Positions 9,406 to 21,800 of a DNA stretch of 64,000 nt are shown here, in pieces. The position numbers and the translations under genes were made by a program. Source of the stretch: Orbicella franksi (taxonomy: Eukaryota). Numbering within the stretch: position 1 is the first letter of the stretch; each line of letters starts with the position of its first letter. The DNA is taken from the NCBI GenBank assembly GCA_964199315.1, contig OZ116705.1:5456001-5520000 (forward strand), given 5' to 3'. The notes under the pieces were generated by a model that saw nothing but the letters and a program-made list of their open reading frames with translations, did not search any database and was not told the DNA's origin.

Positions 9406-12400
9406 GTAAAGACCCTGGGGGAACTTCCATATTAAAAAAAAAAAACGGGGTGTCTCGTCGGAAATTTTGAAAAGAACCCCTAAGAGGTACCAAGATCCCG
9501 TTTTGTGGGCGTGGCATGAAATTCTTTTCATCCCTAAGAGATACCGATTCTAAAACAACACACCAACAAATCGGGATCCCGGTACCTCTTAGGAGTTCAT
9601 TTCTACATTTACTACGAGCATCCCCGTCCTTTTTATATAGGAGTCCCCCCGAGAATTCCGTCAGTATAAACGCCGTCAAGAGGCATGGTCCATAGACATA
9701 GACATACACTTTATTTAGACACGGTAAAAGCATCAGTTCCAAGATTGAGATTTTGTTTTTTAAACTGAACTACATGTTTGCCGTATGGGAGTACGAGGAG
9801 GACAGTTGGCGATTTATCTCATTTCTAAAGTTAATAAATATATGTTATTGGCCGGCTGGGAGATCCATATAGTGAAAAACTGTGACCTCGGTCGCAAGCC
9901 GAGGGCAGCATTTTCAAGCCCGAGGTCACAGTTTTTCACTATACGGACCGACCCTAAGCCGGACAATAACCTGTTTATCTTTTCTTGCGGTAAATTTTTC
10001 AAGTGGGTTTGTTTATACAACTTTGTCATTGAATTGGCTCACGCGCCGTCTACAAACCATTCGTAAAAAAATCTAACGAGCGAATGAGCGAGTAACTCTG
10101 ATACCAGACAAAGAAAGATTTATTTCGAACTGCTTTATGTTAGTTGCATTTAGTTCACCAGTTAAGTTCTCCAAAACTGTTTTTCCGGTGTGAAATTTCG
10201 TGCAATTTCTGTCAGTCGTTGCGAATCACTCAAAATAAGACTTTTCTACCGTAAATTGGGTAACAGATAGCGAGGAAATTCGTTAAGTGTTTTCCACAGA
10301 AATTCTCGCAAATACAGCAACAATCAAAGAAGTAAACTCGACTGAAATTCGCTCATTTTTTACTTAATATTGTACAGAGACAGACAGGATTAAGCGCCAT
10401 TACAGCGCCGAGCTACAAACAGCCAAACAAACTCTCACAACTTCAAAAAAACTCAATTGAATTTAATTACAGTAACTTTCTTTGCCATTTGAAGGTGAAT
10501 AGAAATAACCTTGCGTTGATTAATCGTCTATGGAACACATTACCGCACGAAAATAGATCAACTCGACGGATTCCGCCCGCTTTGGCGGTCCGAATGGGAA
10601 AATTCCGCCCGCTCTAGGAACCAATCAGATTGTAGGTTTTGTTGAATTCCGCCCGGTCATGAGCTAAGAAAACGATAAAAGATTTTACTATTGGCTCTGA
10701 CGTTTGATGGAAGGCTATTCCTCACTGTAGCAGAAACTACGTTTCAAAAAATCGGTACGGGGCTTAGGCAGAGCCAATTTGTTTTCAATGTTTCTGAGTC
10801 CACTAATTGCAGAGAAATTGTGACAAATAACGAGTTGGCAACGAAATTAATACTAGAGAAGATGAGTGATTCAACAACAACGACGATGATTAAGTTACTT
10901 ATTTATTTTAATTTTCTTTCAATAAAAGGTACTGAGACAGCAAGGTGTCATAGGACAGGAGACAGAAAGGCAACAGATCCACCAAAACCAAAACCAAAAC
11001 CAAACTGGAGGAAATCCCATGGTAAGAATAACTCAAGACAGGATCCCATTAATGGGCTCGTGGTCAGGATGATTAAGAACTAATCACTCATCCGCCAGGA
11101 GTGGAATAGAGGAACTAATTGCTCTTTATTGCCTATCGACTTTACAGAACATGTCGAGGACTGTAAAGAGACTCGAGAACCGCCATTACCACTCTACATG
11201 TCTTCAGCTATTGGGCTGCCACCACCCCCACCCCCGCTGCTATCGCATCACCATGTACAGTCAAAGCCAACCCCACCTCGACCACATGCCCAGTCAACTT
11301 CACCCCCACCCTGGACATATGGACGGTCTACACCACGGCAACTCCTACCACAAGCCCATTCAACATCAGCCCCACACCGACCACGTACACAGTCAACACC
11401 TTCCCCACCCTCACCCCCACCCCTACCACATAGATGGTCTACATCAGAGCCACTCCTACCACATGCACAGTCTGCACCATCCCCACCCCCACCACATAGA
11501 TGGTCTACATTAGGACCATCTCTACCACATGCAGAATTAGGACCACCACCAACCCCACCACATAGATGGTCTGCACCAGGACCATCTCTACCACTTGCAC
11601 AGCACACATTGCCGGCACTAAGGGCATCCATCAAAAAGTGCGTCCACAGTGAAGTGATTGGCAATGAAGCAAGACAGGACAATGATGCAGCCTTGGAGAC
11701 CAAGAACAACGTGCAAGAAGAGCAAATGGAGTTAGATGATAAAATAAGAATGCTGAAAGAAGAGTTCAGTTCTTTGCCTAGGGTCCTCATCAAGAAAACT
11801 CTTTGTGATGATGCAGTGGATGGAGATGTTACAAGAGCCAAACAACGGCTAATGGAATTCACACACCAGTTTAAGGATCGAGAAAACTGTTTTAAGAATC
11901 CAGGGGGAGCTGGACGTGATGCAGGAAACTTATACCGAGACTTGAACAGCTCTCCTGCATTTGGACGTACTAAAATGGCAAGCACTCAGTTTGAGGAACA
12001 AACACTGCCTGGAAGAGGTAACACGATGAGACAAAAAACGAAACAGTAGAAGAGCTACACGTAGACAGCGTACGAACGCAGACGTATTTCCGGTTGTCGC
12101 TTGCTTCCGCCGAAAATAGGTAAGCAACAACCGGAAATACGTCTGTGTTCACGGGCTGCATGTAGGAGGATAGCAACTGGAACAGTTGCCCTAAACATAA
12201 TTTATGAAGGGCTTTTGTTGATGGTCGTATCGATAATGGTGAAAAAGTAACATTTTTCTAAAAACACATACTCAATTTCAAGACTAGTATGCAAACACCA
12301 TACCCTATTTACGACCGAAATGGCCAAAATCGATACCCTATTTATGACCAAAACGGCTGAAAAACCATACCCTTTGGGGTCACACATACCTATATAGCCC

Positions 12401-14600
12401 ATATAAGGGAGTATCCCCCGGGATGTTATGGGCGTTAGTCTGAATGACATAATAGCAGAACGTTTGTTTCCATAGAAAACCTGTTGCCTAGGAACTGGGT
12501 ACCAATGCCTCGAGATGACCGAGGAAATGACATCGATGTTCATCTAGTGAAACTAGCGAGCTCGTCAGTTGAGTACCAGGATGTGATAGAAAGATTACAA
12601 GAAACCGTCCCTTCCAATCTGATGATAAAGAGTGTAGAGCGAATACAAAATCCTTATCTCTACCAGGCCTACCAACTGCGGAAGCAAAAAATGGACCGAG
12701 ACAACCCTCAAGCAAACAACGAGCGGCAACTATTCCATGGCACAAATTCAGACAATGTAACGAAAATTAATACGCAAGGATTTGACAGAAGTTTTTCAGG
12801 ATCTGCACACGGTGAGGGTTTTGAAGTAATGGTTAGAGGGAGGCAATTTGCAATTAGTTTTTTAGTAATTTTTCCAACACACGCTAACAAAACTTGACAA
12901 AGTTCTCGCGGACTTTTTCAATAGACCGTATTCGTATTTTTAGTTTTGGATTGCAACTAGCTTGCAGTGGAGGCTCATGCGGAAAAGTATCATTAAAAAG
13001 GGATAAATGCTATTTGCATTTGAAAAGACTCTGCGCTTTAGCCTCAGTTGCAAGCTATTTCCAATACAATACCGAGAATACGAATATGGCCTTTTATTAT
13101 CCAACTGCAGCGAATACCGTCCAAGTAACAGTACAAATGTACAGCGATATTGTACAGTTATTTGTGCAGTAGAAAACCTGTTTGCCGCACAGGTTGGAGC
13201 GCGCACGCAAAACTGTCTCACTCTCCCTCTTTCATTGATAAATTTATTGACTACAACAGTTGGATAATAAATCTCTTATTAGATGTTACGGCACCACTCG
13301 TAAAAATATACAGCGATACTACACACCAAAACATCTAATAAGATATATTTACACACTAGTTGTGCAAGTGTCACTCATCATATCATTCGTAGTAGCCTCA
13401 GTGAACTCATATTGAGTAAATGTTTTTAAAAAAAATGAGACTAATATAAGTCTCGATCAATGAATATCTGTCGTTATGGTAGATATTTTTATCATTGCAA
13501 AGTTTATTGATAGTTTTATTAGAACGGTTTTCAATTGAGTGTCATAAAACCAATCACCCTAGCCAATCACAAAGTACGCAGATAATCCAGTGAACCAATC
13601 AAAACTCCAAGTACTTACATGTAGCTGACGCGAAGCGCGGGAAAAAGCGTGCGAGTGAATCCCGATTGGTTTTAGTTTTACTTCTGATTGGATGAAAAAG
13701 TGGCGCGAGTTTTTTGAACCAATCGGGTGGCGTAGTAAATGCAATGCCAATTACTTTTCGACACTCAGGTGAAAACCGCTTTATTGTGAATTTTGAAGTT
13801 ATTGCACCTGAAAACCCTAATGGGAAGGCTCAGAGAGCGAAGATAGCGTCACTACGTTTGAGTGTGGACAACACCAAAAAAGCCATTTTGTACGTAAATG
13901 CCGAAAATATCGTATTACATTTAATTGGACACGCCGATATCGTACTTAGATGTAAAGAACTGGTTCAAACTAGTAAACAGTGAACCTTAGCGTGTTTTCT
14001 ATCGAGAAAGTCATCGACTAAAAAAACGAGTAGGAGTATAATACACCTTTTATTACCCGGATTGGAGGAGGGTGAGAAGAGTGAGGAGGGTGAGGAGACT
14101 TCCACAAAAAAATGACGGGAAGAGCAGTTTGCGTTAGTCAACCTCGCTCCATGGCACCTTTCCCTTCCAATGGAAGGGAACGGAAGGGCCTTTAAAACGA
14201 AGTTGCTCGTTAGTACCGTACAGTGTCATGTAGTGATTTCCTCCCCCCTCTCTAAGCTTTTGTTGTGTATTTTTTCATGAGAGTTTTATGAAATAAGCAC
14301 TGACATCAATTTATTTTTCTTTTATTATAAGGAACTCTTTACGGTGCAGGAGTGTACTTTGCAAGAGACGCCTCATATTCAATACACTACACTGGTGGCA
14401 GTCATCAGGTTGTGTACCTCGCCCGGGTCCTAGTGGGGCGATATTGTAAAGGCAGCTCGGGGTTGAAGAAGCCTCCCCCCATAAACTCCGAGCAGCCAGA
14501 GATCCTGTTTGATTCCATGGTGGACGACACGAATAATCCTTCAATTTTTGTCGTATACTATGACAATCAAACCTATCCAGAATATCTTATTACAATTTAG
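9135..14600 (+). CDS. PARP gene A: mono-ADP-ribosyltransferase with two CUE/UBA-like domains and a Pro-rich region, ~612 aa (an upstream exon is possible)
   Basis: Exons 9135-9405, 10929-11021, 11148-12017, 12476-12811, 14332-14600; GT-AG, all phase 1; sum 1839 nt in frame; LFHGT...GVYFARDASYS...PSIFVVY. Confidence 0.85.
9417..9650. mobile_element. MITE, GGGACTCCCATAT-type TIR family
   Basis: Ends GGGGGAACTTCCATAT / ATATAGGAGTCCCCCC; internal CCCTAAGAGGTACC motifs shared with other copies. Confidence 0.75.
10929..11021 (+). CDS. Gene A exon: KATDPPKPKPKPNW linker
   Basis: Acceptor TTTCAATAAAAG, donor CATG|GTAAGA; paralogous to gene B exon ending 18850. Confidence 0.75.
11148..12017 (+). CDS. 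Gene A exon: Pro-rich repeats + CUE-like domain 2
   Basis: ORF 11129-12049; acceptor TTTACAG, donor AGAG|GTAACA. Confidence 0.85.
12062..12157. mobile_element. Short palindromic MITE (AGACGTATTTCCGG family)
   Basis: CAGACGTATTTCCGGTTG / CAACCGGAAATACGTCTG; relative at 50185-50284. Confidence 0.75.
12476..12811 (+). CDS. Gene A exon: PARP catalytic domain, N-terminal half
   Basis: LPRNWVPMP...IERIQNPYLYQAY...LFHGT...GFDRSF; donor CACG|GTGAGG. Confidence 0.95.
13520..13783 (+). mobile_element. MITE, TAGAGCGGTTTTCA TIR family
   Basis: TIR-bounded; inverted homolog at 33671-33946. Confidence 0.8.
14332..14600 (+). CDS. Gene A last exon: PARP catalytic domain, C-terminal half
   Basis: GTLYGAGVYFARDASYS...LARVLVG...FDSMVD...IFVVYYDNQTYPEYLITI*. 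Confidence 0.95.
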
Positions 14601-15199
14601 AATCAACACACGAGAATAATCAAGGCGGCTGGCAATAGTTTCCAACACTTTCTGCAACCAGAGCGGAGAGCAGAGAGCGGATCCTTTCCGGATCGAGTAT
14701 TTAGTTACATTCTAGGGTCAACGCAAGGACATAGTTTAAGTGGCTGGGACAGCTTCCAAATTTCTATCAGCAGAAGCCCATGCTGTTATACTTTTACGGA
14801 ACACTTCTACCAAACTTTCCCAAGTGATGTTTCAATATTGGCATTATTCCACAAATGTATAGTCATTGTTTAGCAAGCTGTGGTCATTTTCATGGCATAA
14901 TAGGTTACATAGCAACGATACTACCTGTTCAAAGCACCCGTAACAGTTTAGCTTTATGCGTGTATGACTGAAAAACGACTCGGCATACCCCATTTTTATT
15001 ATCTTTATTATCAAAATTCTTACGAGGGGGTTTAAATCTCTAAGCTCGAAGAAAAAAAGTTCCCTTTGTGGGTATTATGTTAAATGCCTACTTAATGTTG
15101 CGTGACACTAATCTAGTAGGTCTCTCCTTTACCATCCTCTCAATATTGAATAAGGACTCGGACCATACAAAATTTGATTGCTCGTCGAGATGTATCACT

Positions 15200-15690
15200 C
15201 ACTTAACGCGGGCGATTTCCCTTGTTTTTATCTTACGTACTTAACTAACGCTAAAATCAAACATTATGTTGGCCTAATGCAGCAAAAGTATATTTTATAT
15301 TGGCAACAGGCCATGCAAAGCTCTACTAAACTAGAATTTTTCAACACTTTTAAGAACGATTATATACCCTCCTCTTATTTAGGCATAAAAAGCAAACCAA
15401 GCGAAAGAAAAGAACTAGTGAAATTTAAGATAGGCGATCACAAACTAAGGATTGAGACTGGTAGATATGATCAAATTCCACGAGTTAACAGACTCTGCCC
15501 TATTTGTGATCATCTTGCTTTGATCTACGCAATATTCTACTTTCAAATCAAACCAATGAAACCTGATTGCTATATCATAACGTTATTTTATGATCACGAT
15601 AACCGTTACTGTTTTAGCTTTAGTTTTGGTTTACAAAAGCTTTTGCAAGATTGTATGTATTTATGGTCATGCAAATAAAGCTAGTTGTTG
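15200..15690 (+). mobile_element. 5'-truncated LINE 3' remnant
   Basis: KLEFFNTFK...HKLRIETGRYDQIPRVNRLCPIC is typical of LINE ORF2 C-termini; followed by AATAAA and a GTTGTTGT tail. Confidence 0.75.
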
Positions 15691-15882
15691 TGAAATATTA
15701 AAAGAAGTCTTCGCAAACTCATTTCGGTTTTTGTTATTACGAGTCAAGATATGGGTCCGTTGTGGAAGATGCAGTTCCGTATATCACCCGGCCGACGCAT
15801 GAAACTGTGTGATTTGGTGGGAGGTAATATGCTGAAGAAAAGCACCAAAGGATGTGATGAGCTGTTAGTGTTGAGGAAAGAG

Positions 15883-16135
15883 TGAAAGACGACAAAACCT
15901 TTGCTTTTCTTCTTTGACGGCATGAAAAATAGTAGCTTACAATTCGTCGGAAAAACTTTGACCTGCTCGCGGAAGTTGTAATATATAAACAATCTTGCTC
16001 GTGTCATGTGACCGCGTAACCATAGATAGATTTGTTTCTCCTCGATAACCTCGTTTAGAATCAATCATTTTTCCGTGAGAATTTTTTTTACAGGTAATAA
16101 AATGTTTCAAAGAGATCTATCTGAAAATACAACAA
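15883..16135 (-). repeat. Dispersed repeat, inverted relative to copy at 19765-20041
   Basis: Shared ORF-track text MTRARLFI...NCKL.FFM.SKKKSKGF and DNA TTCTAAACGAGGTT...GGTCACATGACACG. Confidence 0.85.
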
Positions 16136-16262
16136 ATGTATTTTTCTTCAAAATTGTCTTAAATTAATCTTGTTTACACAGGAAAGAGTGGGTTTATCTC
16201 CGTGGCAGCTGGCAATAGTGATAACTTTGAAAACTGCACAGACTACAATTTAGAATATAGTT

Positions 16263-16508
16263 CTGGGCCGGGTCGTTCAAAGCCCGATTAAGCTAACTCA
16301 GGATTAGCAAGAATTTTTGATTTCAGTTTTGTAACTTTTCGGTTAGGTTTTCTGTTTATAATGTTTGTCCTTCAGTTTTGAGCTTGACTAAGCTTAAACT
16401 ACACAAAACGTGGGCAGTAACAAACATTTTTATGCAAGAAAAATTGATACTTCAGTTAACTTTTAATCCTGGGTTAGCGTTAACCGGCTTTCGAACAACC
16501 CGGCCCTG
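16263..16508. mobile_element. MITE with GGGCCGGG TIR
   Basis: CTGGGCCGGGTCGTTCAAAG / CTTTCGAACAACCCGGCCCTG. Confidence 0.75.
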
Positions 16509-17376
16509 TTTCTTTTTATCACTTTTTCCCAGGTAAACCCCATGATATGCACGCCAATTGAGAATAATCCATTGTGAGTCGTCCGACAAAATTTATTAAT
16601 AGCCTTCCATATTTGCGAGCAGATCGATTGAGCAAGTTGTTCCACTATTGCTTAATTAATGGACCCATGTCAGACCTTGGAAAACATTTCCCGTCCCTTT
16701 TTCATTTTATCATTGTGTATCTTCCGCCAAAAGTAGATAATAGCCTCCCACGATGGCGATCGGATCTTTGAGTCACTTATTTAATTAAAGGAACTCGCTT
16801 CTGCACCTGTCAGTTTGTGTGATCAAACTGCCTTCCTATTGGTCAATTGGTTTCTCAAGGGTTGCTCAATTCATATTTGAGAACGTACTTCCTTTTCAAT
16901 TTGCGCTAGGCGCATTCCATGGGCGCGCAGCAGTAAAGGGTCACGAAGTACGGGCGTTTACTTGTTCACATTTAATGTCCCAGTATATAGAGCTCTTATA
17001 TGAGAATATTCAGTTGTATTTGCTGTAAATAAGTTAGTTTTTTTTTCTGTATTTTTGTGTTGGATTGATTGAAGAATTTGCGGAAAAGAATAGAATATCA
17101 GAGGCAAGTTTTGCTGGTTGCCATGTAAGTCCAAATAAAAACGGAGTCACTGGGCAAACAGGACAAAGATGTCACCTAGCTATGCAAATATGCCAATGCA
17201 TCCCGAGCTATACATACCGGCGAAACTAAGACGTTTTCTCGAAAGAATTTGTATATAGACAAAAACGAATGGAGTTTAATTTTTGCTCGTTTCTTTTTTG
17301 GAAATGAAATGAAACTTAATGATTGTCGCTTGGGCCTAACATTGCGTCAAGTTCTGGTCGAAAATTAATCGGATTA

Positions 17377-17717
17377 AGGCCTATTCCGAATTACTGCTAC
17401 TGCGCTGCTCAACTAAATTCAAAAACACGACGTTTGAAACCACTCAGTTCGGCAGGCTGAATTAAGTGCAGCACGACTACTTAGCACGGTATGTCTTGCC
17501 GTGCTGCACTTGACTTCAAACGACGTGTTCTGCTGCATCAGCTGTCGTTGCTTTATAGCAATCCATTTAAAATGGTCTTCAGCAAAGCAAACTTCTTCCG
17601 ACCTTCGGCGCCACTGAAGTCGACGTTTGAAACCACTGCCGTTCTTTTGTCATGGCACTGCCGGGCCAAATTCGTTTGAGTTCAGCAAGGAAGTAGCAGG
17701 ACGTTTGTACTAGGCCT
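17377..17717. mobile_element. Degenerate MITE with AGGCCTA TIR
   Basis: AGGCCTATTCCGAATTACTGCTAC / GTAGCAGGACGTTTGTACTAGGCCT; internal CGACGTTTGAAACCACT repeated. Confidence 0.6.
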
Positions 17718-18735
17718 GAGCTGTTGAAAGTAGATGAAAATTGCAACAACATTGCGACCGCCGGCGTTTCAAGGAGGTTTATAAAACCTGGAAATATTTT
17801 CTCCTGTCAAGTGTATGGCATGGCAACTTCTATTTCAGTCATTTCGGCAGTCAATAGCGCTTAAAAATGAAAGCCAGCGACAACACTCTAGAGCCGCGAG
17901 AGCGGTTTCATGAAGGATTTGCACATCAGTATCTTACAGGCGTAGAAATTACTTAATTGAATAATGCAGCCGGCCAGATCTGCCTCGTAGTCAGGGGTAT
18001 GTTCTGTCTTTGTAGAGCTTGATGGAGAAGCAAACATTACGATTATGTGGCAGTGCAAAGACTGATTCAAAGTATCTCCAGTAATATTTCGCCTCGCTAA
18101 ATTAGTTTTGTTAACAAGGCAACCTCGGCAAGACATTATTCTTTTTCAAAGCGTTCTTCGGAGATAGCGGTTCAGCCCTTACTGATCGCGTTTGGTCGCT
18201 AACGCTAGCGCTGTTATATCAGAGCTCATATCTCCTTTGCTGATGTATGTATATTTTAAGCTATGACGACATGATAAGACCTGACCTAAACCGCTGGCGC
18301 TTCACTTCGCAAATATTTGATTCGCATGTATGTCAGGTGCATAATTAAATCAAACGCAAACAGAAATAATGCACGAAAATATATCTTGACCTGACAGACA
18401 GATAAATCTAATACTTTGTCGGACAGGCTGTGTAGAGGGGAGAAGTAAATACAGAGCGTATTGTATGCAAAGTGAGGACTGACCGTCACCTGCCCGATCG
18501 CGTTTATTCATATCCAGAAATACAATACCAACCATCATGTTTGAATCGCGTCGTGGCTCAGCGAGGATTGATGTATTCGTTTCAAGAACAGAATATTGAA
18601 ACGGAGAACTAAATCAAATTTTCAGTGATCAATTTCACATTTCGTTGATAACCCGTTCCGATTGTAAAATAAGCTGAAACAGTTCTAGACGTGATGTTAC
18701 AAATCTTAACCAGTTTTCAACGAAATCCTGGAGAG

Positions 18736-18850
18736 ATGACGATTGAGACGAATGAGGAAACCAAGACCGCCCTGTATGTCAAGACAGAAGCAAGGAAGGC
18801 ATCAGATCCACAGAAACCAGCATCAGAACCAAAGTCGTGGAAGCCACGTG
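18736..18850 (+). CDS. Gene B first coding exon (candidate)
   Basis: MTIETNEE...KASDPQKPASEPKSWKPR; donor CGTG|GTAAGA; missed by the ORF track (short). Confidence 0.7.
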
Positions 18851-21800
18851 GTAAGAATCAGTCTGCATAGTTAAGGACCCTCAGTAAACCAAATGCTAAT
18901 CAACCAAAAGGTTAACGGAAAGGTTCTCGCATATGGACAGATTTTTAAGATTTTAAAAAGGTTCCTCGCTAACTCACAGTTTAATTTCACTTTCTATTTG
19001 TTTCAATGGCTTATTTTCCCTGGTTGTTTGTTTCAGGTCCACCAGGCGCATGCGCATGCACGGCCTTGATTTCCGAGAATTCGACTTGTTTTTGACGTGT
19101 GTAAAATACATTTTCAAATGTTTTTGATGTTGTGTAAACATCACAATAAAATTAAAAATTACCAGCAAAATTACCTCAAAACCTGTGGCAAAACCACGTT
19201 GCCGAAACTTTGCAATAACAAATGAAAAAAATTGCCATGAAGAACAAAAATAGGTTCATTGACTTCTGAACTTAGATTTAATTTAAAGAAGAACAAAGTT
19301 ATAAAACCCAAGCGAAACTGGTGGGCTTGGAAATTTTAAAAGGATGTTTCTTAACTTGCGACAGGAGCAAAATTAGATAAAAAACACAAACATTCATTGG
19401 CTAATTTGATTGGCAGTTCTTCTCGGAAAATCGCTCTGCCAGATACCATGAAACTTTTGGCTCTATGGTCTGTAAACAAGATTAAGACAATTTTGGAGAA
19501 AAATATATTTTTTTGCATTTTGAACTTAGGTTTAATTTAGAGAAGTACAAAGTTATAAAACCTAAACCAGACTGGTGGGCTTGGAAATTTTAAAAGGATG
19601 TTTCTTAACTTGCGACAGGAGCAAAATTAGATAAAAAGGCACAAACATTCATTGGCTAATTTGATTGGCAGTTCTTCTCGGAAAATCGCTCTGCCAGGTT
19701 CCATGAAACTTTTGGCTCTATGGTCTGTAAGCAAGATTAAGACAATTTTGAAGAAAAATCTATTTTTTTGTTACTTCAGATAGACATTTTTGAGACCTTT
19801 TATTAAAAAAATTCACGGAAAAATGATTAATTCTAAACGAGGTTATTGGGGAAAAACAGTTCTGTCTATAGTTACCTCTGATTGATAGCTGTTATCAGTT
19901 TGTAACTCGGTCACATGACACGGGCAAGATTGTTTATACATCACAACTTCCGCGAGCACATCAAGGTTTTTCCGACAACAAATTGTAAGCTAATATTTTT
20001 CATGTCGTCAAAGAAGAAAAGCAAAGGTTTTGCCGTCTTTCAAATGCTAAGAAGGAACCCAAACGAAAAAAAAAGACACCGAAATCTTTCAATAAGGATT
20101 ACTGGCGATGCTTGCAAATTAAAAGGGTCGTATTTTTAACAGTAGAAGTAGTTTGCGTGGACGGAGGAAAACGAAAGAGACGAGAAAATAAATTAACCGT
20201 CAAGCGGAATGCGAAGGTATAACTGATAGATACATTATACCTCAGAGATCATTGCCTGAGCAGGCGACTTCCGGTTGTATATTTGATATTCATTTCATGA
20301 CCTGTTGCCAATTGCCTATTATTTGTCCTCGACAGAAAGTAACGCCTTCCACGGATGAATCAACAAACAACCGCAGCGCACTCTGGTTGAGAGAGTTTCT
20401 TAAGTATATATCACTCCCGGGAGGGAGAGCGGAGGGGACTCCGATGTAAATATGACGGGGGGTGCTCGTCGTACCTTTAAGGGGTTAAAAAGGCGGATTT
20501 GGTACCTCAGGGCCTGATTAAACCGAAAAAAAAAATTGACAGGAGATAATGTGTTGTTTCAGAATTGGTACCTCTTAGGGGTGAAAATATTTCAAGCCAA
20601 GCCCACAAAAAAGGATTTTAGTACCTCTTACGGGTTCTTTTCAAAATTTCAGACTCGTGAGCATCCCAGTCCTTTTTTATGCGGGAGTTCCCCCCGGGAT
20701 ATCACTGATCTAGTAGGAATGGAAATCATAACAAATAACTGGTTTTTCCATCTTTTAACAGAATACTATGAAAGCTTCAAGGAGTCACGAGAAGGGTCAC
20801 GACCACCGAACGATACGTCAGCTCCGTCAACAGCTCCACCGTCCCCAACACATGTACAACAAACATCGTCACCATCCCCATCACATGTTCAAAAAACACC
20901 GTCACCATCCCCACCACATGTACAACAAACATTCTCACCATCCCCACCGCATGTACAACAAACATCCTCACCATCCCCACCACGAGCATGGCCAATGCCT
21001 TCATCGCCCGCCCCTCATGCACAGCAAACAATACCGCCGCCATTACCACCAAAACAAGCGCAGCTCACAATTCTGCCACCTTTGCCGCCAAAACAGGCAC
21101 AACCAACACTACCGCCATCTTTGCCGCCAAAACAGGCTCACCTCACATGTCCGCCACCTTTGCCGCCAAAACCGGCTCACCTCACATGTCCGCCACCTTT
21201 GCCACCAAAAAAGGCTCAGCTGACTAACAAGGCAAAGATAAACTTCGAGGAACAAAATCTGGGGAGAAGAGGTAAAAAAGATTTCATGACATAAGGAATA
21301 AAATGTAAAGATCTTTGTTCCGTCTGAATTTTTCGCTAGTTAACGCTCACTGGCATTGAGTCTTGTAATGGAATTACTTGCCCTTTGGGGTGCGCTTTTA
21401 TATGTTCTTCATGTTAGCTCAGTTAAGTTGATAGGATAATTAGTGGAAATTCGCCAGTTTTTTGGAGCAAATTTAAGACAAACCAAGAGTCGGCATGAAT
21501 TTTTAGCTCAGTTTGAGACTGTAGGATTGATTGGTGGAGTTTCTATAATCATTGTCCTTCAATTTTGACTTTAACTTCTCAAACTCTACAAATCGTCAGC
21601 AGTGAGAAAAAAAAAACAATTTTACATCTTGCGATGTTCCTTTCATTGTCTGCTGATCAGTAGAACTTTTACTTAAGGGGATGTCCAGGAAACATCTCAC
21701 TAAAAGTGATATTCGGCAGACGATCTAAAGAACATCGCAAGCTACTTCGCGCGCCAAAGCGACAACTTGAAAACAATTTTACATCTCAATTCAGTTGCGT

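Noticed and set aside
11151-11513. His-rich protein in the alternative frame (also 20768-21223)
   Set aside because: By-product of CCA/CAT-rich Pro repeats; splice phases support only the Pro-rich frame
11248-11985. 245-aa Gly-rich antisense ORF, and other antisense ORFs over the RTE, PARP and MACPF exons
   Set aside because: Shadow ORFs of real coding exons with no independent domain or splice evidence
15178-15678. 166-aa host gene
   Set aside because: Matches a LINE ORF2 C-terminus with a polyA signal and simple-repeat tail; no true ATG
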